From: an uncultured virus (IMG/VR IMGVR_UViG_3300025287_000001)
Lineage: Duplodnaviria > Heunggongvirae > Uroviricota > Caudoviricetes
DNA: 64,000 nucleotides
Direction: 5' to 3' (one strand)
Virus record (IMG/VR): IMGVR_UViG_3300025287_000001
In this document: one piece after another, positions 57,137 through 63,834 of the stretch
Position numbering within the stretch: position 1 is the stretch's first letter
Layout: each line of letters begins with the position of its first letter
Position numbers and translations under genes: made by a program
Notes under the pieces: generated by a model
The model's input: only the letters and a program-made list of their open reading frames with translations
What the model was told of the DNA's origin: nothing
Databases searched by the model: none

Positions 57137-57210
57137 GGCCCTTTAGCCCAACTGGCAGAGGCACTCGACTTAAAATCGAGACAGTCCGGGTTCGAACCCC
57201 GGAAGGGCCA
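57137..57210 (+). tRNA. trnL: tRNA-Leu(UAA), short variable loop
   Basis: GGCCCTT/AAGGGCC acceptor; CTCGA-CTTAAAA-TCGAG anticodon arm; CCGGG-TTCGAAC-CCCGG T arm. Confidence 0.9.
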
Positions 57211-57423
57211 CTGGATAGAGGCAGTAGAGCAACGCACTCGAACTTTGCGCGTGGTAAACGCAAACCTTAACAGGTAACAGCTTGTGCGCCTAGTCCTGCC
57301 CGCGCCCATCTGAAGGTGGCGCGTCATTGACTCTTGAGGTACGGCAATATCTTAAGGGAACAAAATAACATCAGACGAGGGAGAATCGGGCACACTTACC
57401 ACCTCCGGGCCTCTCTCCCTCAC

Positions 57424-57490
57424 AATAAGAAACCCTTCCTACTTCTCCAAAGCGGTGAGAGCCAGTAGGAAGGGTTTCTTATTTTTATTT
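57424..57490 (+). terminator. Long hairpin/terminator
   Basis: 20-bp perfect stem AATAAGAAACCCTTCCTACT/AGTAGGAAGGGTTTCTTATT followed by T-rich tail. Confidence 0.7.
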
Positions 57491-57664
57491 TATATTATAT
57501 CTTATCTTATCGCGAAAAGCCCGCGCCCCCCGCTGCCGTAACTGTACGCCAAAGAAAGTTGAGATAATACCTTGCCGCCCTCTATACAGTGCATATATTA
57601 TAAGTGTCGGAAGGGAGAGGTGGTCTCTCCCATGACAACACAACCCGAACAAAGGACAATCAAA

Positions 57665-57964
57665 ATGTCGTTCAAGAAAAACATCCTGTTGGCTCAAGTT
57701 AGCGTCGTCTGTGCTGCTCTCACTCTCTCGTCTCGCCGTGACCTCTATCAGGAGGTCAAGAGCAATCCAGGTTCCAGCGTCGATACCCTGGTGGAGAGCA
57801 CTGGCTTGAATGAGCCCACGGTTCGCTCCTACCTTGCTACCCTGAGCACGGCCAACCTCGTCGTCAACGCGGATGGCGGTTACTACCCGAATAATGACGG
57901 GGTGGATCTCGTCAAGGCTTTCCTGAATGGAGAGCTTGGAAACGAGCCAACGCCAGAAAGCTAA
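57665..57964 (+). CDS. ArsR-type winged-helix protein
   Basis: ALTLSSRRDLYQEVKSNPGSSVDTLVESTGLNEPTVRSYLATLSTANLV. Confidence 0.75.
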   Translation: MSFKKNILLAQVSVVCAALTLSSRRDLYQEVKSNPGSSVDTLVESTGLNEPTVRSYLATLSTANLVVNADGGYYPNNDGVDLVKAFLNGELGNEPTPES

Positions 57965-58115
57965 TAGCAACCTGGGAGTGGGCCTTGTGCCCACGACCGG
58001 GGCGCGACCCCCGCCTCATTTACTACAATTAATCCCTTGACCATCCCTTCTCGTGCTTACATTCATAAGTGAAGAAGGGATGGTCCCTTTGATAAACAAA
58101 TAAAAAGGAGAAAAA

Positions 58116-58457
58116 ATGAAAAAAGAAGATATTGATGTGGTTCTCGCGGGTGGCCTCTACACAAAGCGTAAGCAACCTATCTTCTATGCACGCCTTAACG
58201 GCACAAACAAGATTGCCTTCTATGATGGAGACAGGAACATTGACGGTTACGTCATTGTCTCCGACCACCCAGAGGAATACTCCGAAGAAGAGCTTGGCAG
58301 GAGAGTCGTCATGCTCTACAAGAATTATTCTAGCAGCTACCTTTCGGACTTCTCCAAGAATGAGAAGCTGAACAAGACTGCAAAGGAGTTCCTCGCGCTC
58401 GCGAGAGAGATGGACGCCGATCACTATAAAGTTTGGCTGTCTAGCGTCGCTGCATAA
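58116..58457 (+). CDS. Cassette hypothetical protein
   Basis: AAGGAG SD. Confidence 0.75.
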   Translation: MKKEDIDVVLAGGLYTKRKQPIFYARLNGTNKIAFYDGDRNIDGYVIVSDHPEEYSEEELGRRVVMLYKNYSSSYLSDFSKNEKLNKTAKEFLALAREMDADHYKVWLSSVAA

Positions 58458-58557
58458 CCTGCGCCCCTCCGGGGGCCGCCCAACGCCAAGATATTCCTTG
58501 CCTTCTATAGTCAGCGTGCTTACATTGTAATTGCCACCAAACGAGAGGAGGAAAAAG

Positions 58558-59289
58558 ATGAGTTTTGACTACGGTGAGTACAGAAGTTTTGTTTCGGAAG
58601 GCGACGTTACAAGAATTATTGCCTCTCTTCAGGAGATGCCGGAGCACCTTAGGTTTTCCGCAAGGCAATTGGCTACATCCTCCAGTGAATACGTAAAGAG
58701 CCTCTATTCAGGAGAGGAATTGGTTGAATTTCGATATACTAGATTCGGGCGCAATGCTTATCGGTGGTCTCCGACCCTAAAATCTCAGCGCGGCAAAGAT
58801 GTCATGATATGCTTTAAGCGTGGTCATTTTTACGCCGATATTTTTGATGCAACAGTTGAGTGGGCCTTACATGAACTAACCTCTTGCATACCAACGTGGA
58901 GGGAATACTGTGCCGAAGAGGCCCCAGAGGCTACGCACTTTCTTGAAGATATTGTTTACACTCTCGGCAAGCACGAAATTAACGAGATGACTGACTTGCA
59001 TGTAGCTAGTTTTGATAAAAAGAAAAGCAAGATCAGAAACATACATCTCGATAAAGACTCTTACGAAAGATCATGGTTATATAGGATTTTATTGGCAACA
59101 GGTGCACTTACTTTAAGGTCTCCTGCTGTAAACAACTTTTGCACGTTCGTCAAAGACGCTCACGAAGGATACTGGAGGAGCGTCTTTGACGAATCTTCTG
59201 ATTTAAACGTGGCGTGGCAGAGCATCCAAGCAACAGAAGCCATCAGGAAAAGGATAAGCACTTTCATACTCCCTAAAGTGCTTCCATAA
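58558..59289 (+). CDS. Cassette hypothetical protein
   Basis: GGAGG SD; ATG 58558. Confidence 0.75.
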   Translation: MSFDYGEYRSFVSEGDVTRIIASLQEMPEHLRFSARQLATSSSEYVKSLYSGEELVEFRYTRFGRNAYRWSPTLKSQRGKDVMICFKRGHFYADIFDATVEWALHELTSCIPTWREYCAEEAPEATHFLEDIVYTLGKHEINEMTDLHVASFDKKKSKIRNIHLDKDSYERSWLYRILLATGALTLRSPAVNNFCTFVKDAHEGYWRSVFDESSDLNVAWQSIQATEAIRKRISTFILPKVLP

Positions 59290-59421
59290 CCTGCGCCCCT
59301 TCGGGGGCCGCCCGCCCCTCATTTTCTTTAAACTTTTTCCTTGTCTGCGCCTCAACCGTGCCTAAAATTAATAGTGAAGAGGGGAGAAGGGCTCCCCGGA
59401 CAACATACAAGAGGAAGAAAG

Positions 59422-59766
59422 ATGCAAATCAAAATCCAAAAGTTCGCGACCATCCTCGCAGTCTGCCAGAACCTTCTCTCGACGAGGGACAAGGACAAGG
59501 TAGAAGAGGTGGACGCCGAGTCAACCTCGATCGAAGCAATGCGCCACGCGCGCGCTGTCGGTGAACAGATGGAGAAGGCTCGGGACGCGATGTACCCGAA
59601 CGATCACTACTTCGGTGCGAGGCCTACCCTTGCCCTGAAGGTAGATCCGATCACGAAAGTGGTCAGCCTTGACAAAGACTGCCTCGAAAACAGGGAGACG
59701 CAACGCTTCATCGAGGACCTGAAGAAGCGCCAACCAGAGGCATCGAGGCTCCTCGTCCTGCCTTAA
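59422..59766 (+). CDS. Cassette hypothetical protein
   Basis: GAGG SD; ATG 59422. Confidence 0.75.
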   Translation: MQIKIQKFATILAVCQNLLSTRDKDKVEEVDAESTSIEAMRHARAVGEQMEKARDAMYPNDHYFGARPTLALKVDPITKVVSLDKDCLENRETQRFIEDLKKRQPEASRLLVLP

Positions 59767-59794
59767 TTTCGGAAGCTGTATGGGCTTCTGTTAC

Positions 59795-59846
59795 GCCTCC
59801 CCGGCAACTTCTTGGCATAGTATAGTACAGCCGGGGAGGCAACTTT
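59795..59846 (+). terminator. GC hairpin, possible terminator
   Basis: GCCTCCCCGGC/GCCGGGGAGGC then AACTTTT. Confidence 0.5.
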
Positions 59847-60064
59847 TGGCCCCTTCGGGGGCCGCCCCGCACTCCAAATAATATCAATTAATACCTTGCC
59901 GCAGTAATCAGCGTGCATACATTATAAGTGTCGGAAGGGAGAGGTGGTCTCCCGACCAAAGAAAGTACAGAAAATAGGTTGACCGGACCAGAGCGGTGGT
60001 TAACTTATTAGTAGACAAGGGAAGGATGGTCCTTCTCAACAACCCAACACCAAAAGGTGAAAAA

Positions 60065-60439
60065 ATGAACGCACTCATCAAAAAGTTTATCTCCGAGCAA
60101 CTCCAGAATCTCTTTACGGCGCTTTCTCACGGCGAGAAGCGTGAGATCTACCAGTACGTGATGGCCCAGGGCGTCACGACCAAAGAGGAGATTAAAGAGG
60201 TCTTTGGGGGCGTGAGCGAAGCGACTCACGCAAACCGATTCAATCAACTCAAAGACGCGAACCTCATCACCATCGACGGTGAGGAAGTGACTATTAACCC
60301 CGAGGGCGCGAAAGTCCTGACTGCCTACCTCAACGGTGAGGATATCGCTTCGCTCCTGATGGGCGGCGATAGCGAGGAAACTGCGCCTGAACCTGCGCCT
60401 ACGCAGGACACCTCTGAAGAGGAATGGGGCGAGTTCTGA
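60065..60439 (+). CDS. ArsR-type winged-helix protein, paralog of 57665
   Basis: FTALSHGEKREIYQYV..SEATHANRFNQLKDANLI..AYLNGE. Confidence 0.75.
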   Translation: MNALIKKFISEQLQNLFTALSHGEKREIYQYVMAQGVTTKEEIKEVFGGVSEATHANRFNQLKDANLITIDGEEVTINPEGAKVLTAYLNGEDIASLLMGGDSEETAPEPAPTQDTSEEEWGEF

Positions 60440-60593
60440 ACAACCCTCGGAAGCAGGCATAGCCTGCGACCGGGGCGCGGCCCCCGCCAACCAACAAAAA
60501 ACTCAGAAAATAGCTTGACCCTCAGCCAGCCGTGACTAAAATTAACAGTGAGACGGGGCAAGGGTCCCAAAAAACCAACAGAAAGGAATCATC

Positions 60594-60854
60594 ATGCAGA
60601 TGACAAAGAAACAAGCAGAAAGCCACTTCCGCAGTCAGTATCTCCCGGCTATCCGCGACCGTGAGGAGAACGGCATCGACTACGCGAGGCGGCGAGAAGA
60701 ATGGCACGTCTTCACTGACTATCTCATGAAGTCTCGCCTTATCTCGGAAAGGCAGTACGATACCTGGGTCAGCCCAGGATTTTGCAACCCTTCGCCTCCC
60801 CGCAGCAGCACAGAGCAGAGCACGGCACAAAGCGCCCTTGTTCTAGGGGAGTAA
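60594..60854 (+). CDS. Cassette hypothetical protein
   Basis: AAGGA SD; REEWHVFTDYLMKSRLISERQYDTW. Confidence 0.75.
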   Translation: MQMTKKQAESHFRSQYLPAIRDREENGIDYARRREEWHVFTDYLMKSRLISERQYDTWVSPGFCNPSPPRSSTEQSTAQSALVLGE

Positions 60855-60893
60855 CCCTCATAGACCTGAGCATGTCGAAAAACTGCCTCCTTC

Positions 60894-60967
60894 CCTCCTA
60901 TGGCCTAATTGGTTAAGGCGCACAGCCTATAACTGTGAGTACCTGGGTTCGAATCCCAGTGGGAGGA
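60894..60967 (+). tRNA. trnI: tRNA with anticodon UAU (Ile), atypical C33
   Basis: CCTCCTA/TGGGAGG-A acceptor; CACAG-CCTATAA-CTGTG; CTGGG-TTCGAAT-CCCAG. Confidence 0.75.
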
Positions 60968-61042
60968 TTGCTTGTTACCTTAGAGGCGCTATCCTGCCCG
61001 GATAGTTAAAAAAATGTGCCCCGCCACGGGTCGCGAGCATAA

Positions 61043-61115
61043 GGGCCTATAGCTCAACGGTTAGAGCCCCCGCCTCATAAGCGGTTGGTTCCCGGTTCGA
61101 ATCCGGGTAGGCCCA
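61043..61115 (+). tRNA. tRNA(CAU): Ile2 (lysidine) or elongator Met
   Basis: GGGCCTA/TAGGCCC-A acceptor; loop CTCATAA; canonical D and T arms. Confidence 0.9.
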
Positions 61116-61139
61116 TGACCTTTGACGAGAGAAGAGAAC

Positions 61140-61523
61140 ATGAAATTAAAACTTTCGTACATTGCTTTTGATGGTAGGGGCAACGCATTCCTCTTCAGGG
61201 AATATAGAGGCACCATCGTTAGAACTGGTTGGTTCCCAGCCTTGTTTGATAAGGAAGGTGAGTATCTGGGGATCATCTGGTTGCCTGACCATAAGGGCAA
61301 ACAAAAGCCAATGACTTCGAGTCAGCTTGTGAACATGCTGGCTAACTCTTACCCGAGTGAGTCAAAGGCAAGTGCAGGTTACATAAGAAACGACCCTGAC
61401 TTTGAAAACAATGAGGTCTTCTCCAGAACGAGGATGTACCTTACAAAGGATGATGGATGGCATATCGTTCCTTCTATCGAGAAAGATGGTAAGTCGTATC
61501 TCCTAACAGAGCTTTGGTCGTAA
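61140..61523 (+). CDS. Hypothetical protein
   Basis: ATG 61140; open frame between tRNA genes. Confidence 0.65.
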   Translation: MKLKLSYIAFDGRGNAFLFREYRGTIVRTGWFPALFDKEGEYLGIIWLPDHKGKQKPMTSSQLVNMLANSYPSESKASAGYIRNDPDFENNEVFSRTRMYLTKDDGWHIVPSIEKDGKSYLLTELWS

Positions 61524-61524
61524 C

Positions 61525-61707
61525 ATGAAAATCTTCAAGATTCTCAAGCGATGGACGTGCCGCCATGAATGGGAAACCAAATACGAAAACCACAACGAAA
61601 CTGTTGATTCTGAGTATACTATTAAGGAATGCCCGAAGTGTAACACGAGAGTACATAAGTGCCGGATAGGTGAGTATTACTTTAAAACCTGTAAGGTCAC
61701 GAGATAA
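61525..61707 (+). CDS. Small zinc-binding protein
   Basis: CRHEW..ECPKC. Confidence 0.65.
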   Translation: MKIFKILKRWTCRHEWETKYENHNETVDSEYTIKECPKCNTRVHKCRIGEYYFKTCKVTR

Positions 61708-61803
61708 GGCAAACCCAAAACGTGCTTCCTCTAAAGCCTTTACAATACTATAAGGGGGAGTCAAACAAGCACCCTTAGCTCAGTTGGATAGAGCAACGGT
61801 CTT

Positions 61804-62415
61804 TAAGTAAATGGAGCCTTCTGTGTGGAAGATCGAGAAGATTGTCAGCAAGGGTGATTATGACTATGCAATAGTCAGAGATCATCCAAACAGAACTAAG
61901 AATGATTATGTCTTACACCATCGTGTGGTCGTAGAAAATCATCTTGGTCGCCTTCTCGAATCAAGCGAAGTTGTCCACCATATTGACGGGAACAAGAAGA
62001 ACAACCTGCTCTCAAATCTTGAAGTCATGTCAGTTAGCGAACATGCTAGACATCATGGCCAAGAGATATCAAGGAAGTATGTTGACCTTAAGTGTCCTGA
62101 GTGTGGTAAGGAGTTTATTAGAGAAAAGAATCAGACACATCTTCAAAAAGGGACAAGTTACACTGCTTGCTCTAGAAGTTGTTCCGGTAAATTCTCTAGC
62201 AAAGTCAGGCTAAAGCGCTTATCAACCGCAGAAGTGGAAGCGGCTATATCGGGGAACATCGTAAGAGAATACGACAAGTAGTCTCACGACAATCCCGAGG
62301 TAACTGACGACAATCAGGAACCGTAGAGGCCATACGCCGCTCACCTGAAATGGTGAAGAGATGGTCCAGCCAGCAAGCCTTTGATAAGGTGGTCATGGAA
62401 ACATGATGCTGGATG
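61804..62415 (+). mobile_element. Group I self-splicing intron carrying a homing endonuclease
   Basis: 5' exon ends in U paired to G in P1; P3 GCGGC/GCCGC; P4 TCGGG/CCCGA; P7 GGCCA/TGGTC; P8 TCACC/GGTGA; S-like AAGAGATGGTCC; P9 hairpins; terminal G at 62415. Confidence 0.9.
61811..62281 (+). CDS. Intron-encoded HNH homing endonuclease with C-terminal zinc finger
   Basis: YVLHHRVV..VVHHIDGNKKNNLLSNLEVM..HARHH; CPECGKEF..CSRSC. Confidence 0.9.
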   Translation: MEPSVWKIEKIVSKGDYDYAIVRDHPNRTKNDYVLHHRVVVENHLGRLLESSEVVHHIDGNKKNNLLSNLEVMSVSEHARHHGQEISRKYVDLKCPECGKEFIREKNQTHLQKGTSYTACSRSCSGKFSSKVRLKRLSTAEVEAAISGNIVREYDK

Positions 62416-62456
62416 CTAAACCGTGGGTCGTAGGTTCGAATCCTACAGGGTGCGCT

Positions 62457-62593
62457 TGCTGGTTAGTTTGGAGCTATAGGTTTCTAGAGCCTATACGTTA
62501 CGAGGACAAAAAGGCGAGTGGATTAATTACCCGAGTGCCGAAAAACGCTGTCACTATAAGGCAGAGACGATGGTTCGAATCCATCACCAGCAG
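62457..62593 (+). ncRNA. tRNA-like RNA with ~70-nt structured D-loop
   Basis: TGCTGGT/ACCAGCA acceptor; GTTT/AAAC D stem; CTGTC-ACTATAA-GGCAG; GATGG-TTCGAAT-CCATC. Confidence 0.7.
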
Positions 62594-62595
62594 TT

Positions 62596-62748
62596 GTGAG
62601 CATGTACAAAGCATGGGATTTTAAGTCTATATCAGTAGACTTATGCCAAAACATGGCGATCACAAAAAGTACCAGATCATGATACCCAGTAAGCCTCGTA
62701 GCATTGGATGCGACGGCAAGCTAAGGTGAAAGATGGTCACATGCTCGC
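62596..62748 (+). ncRNA. Candidate multi-branch structured RNA
   Basis: Closing stem GTGAGCATGT/ACATGCTCGC; inner TAAGTCTA/TAGACTTA, GCCA/TGGC, TGGG/CCCA. Confidence 0.55.
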
Positions 62749-62786
62749 CTAGATATCAAGTTGGCTCCTCCTCTTCTCCGGGGGCC

Positions 62787-62824
62787 GCCCCACAGAAGAA
62801 TAAGGCCTTCTGTGGGGCTTTTTT
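62787..62824 (+). terminator. Intrinsic terminator ending the tRNA/ncRNA unit
   Basis: GCCCCACAGAAG/CTTCTGTGGGGC + TTTTTT. Confidence 0.85.
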
Positions 62825-62880
62825 ATTTGACTTTATCTGAACGTGATTACATTAATAGTGTCACCAACTAAGAGGAGAAC

Positions 62881-63567
62881 ATGAAAGCCAAACAACTCTT
62901 TTCTGAACTTCGCTCTATCATGATGAAAGAGGTCAATGATAGGGAGGATATCATTCTCTTGGCGAGGGGACGCAAGCAACTCTTCAGGCAAACCCCAGAA
63001 TATGACTACTACATGAAAGATGTGCCCGGCGTCTTTCTCGATGTCGAGGTGGGAACTGAAGACTGGGGCCTTTGCGAACTCGTCATCACCAACGAGAACG
63101 GTGTCCTTCACTACAACGTGAGGCTTGGAGGCGATGATAAATGGTCCACTAGCACAGAAGTCAAGGAGCTTCCTATTAACAGGATGTGCTTATGGGAGGA
63201 CTTCTGGGAGGTGGCGAAATTCTGGCTTATGGGACCAGAAGAGATCGAATCTTACAACCAAGAGGATATCACTCGCCTAGATCTAGACCTCAAGCATGTT
63301 GAGGATGATTACTGGGAACCATACCCTGGCGAACTTTGCTATGACTACGACCATGGCAAAAGGAAAAAGACATACTACTACTTTACTCATACCAAATTCC
63401 CTTATGAGTACAATAAGAAGTTCTCCCACTTTATGAACGTCTGCACTGCTATCTTTATGCATAACGAAGCAAGCTATGTCTACGAGGTGGATGATTACCA
63501 CCCTGCTTACGAGGCCAGATACAATACACACCCTGCTGACAAGGCTGTGCTTCACAGCGAGCAATGA
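62881..63567 (+). CDS. Cassette hypothetical protein (228 aa)
   Basis: GAGGAG SD after promoter 62827. Confidence 0.75.
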   Translation: MKAKQLFSELRSIMMKEVNDREDIILLARGRKQLFRQTPEYDYYMKDVPGVFLDVEVGTEDWGLCELVITNENGVLHYNVRLGGDDKWSTSTEVKELPINRMCLWEDFWEVAKFWLMGPEEIESYNQEDITRLDLDLKHVEDDYWEPYPGELCYDYDHGKRKKTYYYFTHTKFPYEYNKKFSHFMNVCTAIFMHNEASYVYEVDDYHPAYEARYNTHPADKAVLHSEQ

Positions 63568-63660
63568 CTTATGCCCCTTCGGGGGCCGCCCACCTTTTTA
63601 TATTTTTCCTTGTCTGCACCCGTATAGTGCCTACATTCATATTAACAGAGGAGGAGAGGT

Positions 63661-63834
63661 ATGAAGAACATACCGAAAGAAGCCAAAGATGCCTTTAGGG
63701 AGTACAGGAAACTTCAAGAACAGGAGCGTGAAGACTCCAGAAAGGCCGAGGTGAAAAGACAGGCAGAAATGAAGAGGTTGAAGAGGCTCTTCATGATTCA
63801 CATCAACAGAATGGAAGACGAGAGGTTCGAATGA
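63661..63834 (+). CDS. Cassette charged helical protein (57 aa, not in ORF track)
   Basis: GGAGGAGAGG SD; MKNIPKEAKDAFREYRKLQEQE. Confidence 0.7.
   Translation: MKNIPKEAKDAFREYRKLQEQEREDSRKAEVKRQAEMKRLKRLFMIHINRMEDERFE

Larger units (their letters stand above)
61769..62454 (+). tRNA. trnR: tRNA-Arg(UCU) split by a group I intron (exons 61769-61803 and 62416-62454)
   Basis: Joined exons give GCACCCT-TA-GCTC..GAGC-A-ACGGT-CTTCTAA-ACCGT-GGGTC-GTAGG-TTCGAAT-CCTAC-AGGGTGC-G. Confidence 0.92.
53195..63637 (+). promoter_or_regulatory. Family of 19 plus-strand sigma70-like (early-type) promoters heading individual cassettes
   Basis: cTTG(A/T/C)C-N15-17-TA(C/G/A/T)(A/C)(T/A)T; -35 boxes at 53195, 53706, 54063, 54356, 55294, 55451, 55849, 56197, 56538, 56937, 57572, 58037, 58498, 59341, 59896, 59979, 60515, 62827, 63610. 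Confidence 0.85.

Noticed and set aside
60863..60890. Small H-type pseudoknot GACCTGAGCATGTC..AAAAACTGC before the UAU tRNA
   Set aside because: Stems are only ~3 bp; cannot be distinguished from chance without homologs
60894..60967. Amber suppressor tRNA (CTA) and stop-codon recoding
   Set aside because: The 5-bp stem centres the loop on TAT; long genes are intact in the standard code and several end in TAG
53077..63592. Integron attC sites
   Set aside because: Boundary motif lacks RYYYAAC/GTTRRRY ends, cassettes carry their own promoters and no integrase is visible
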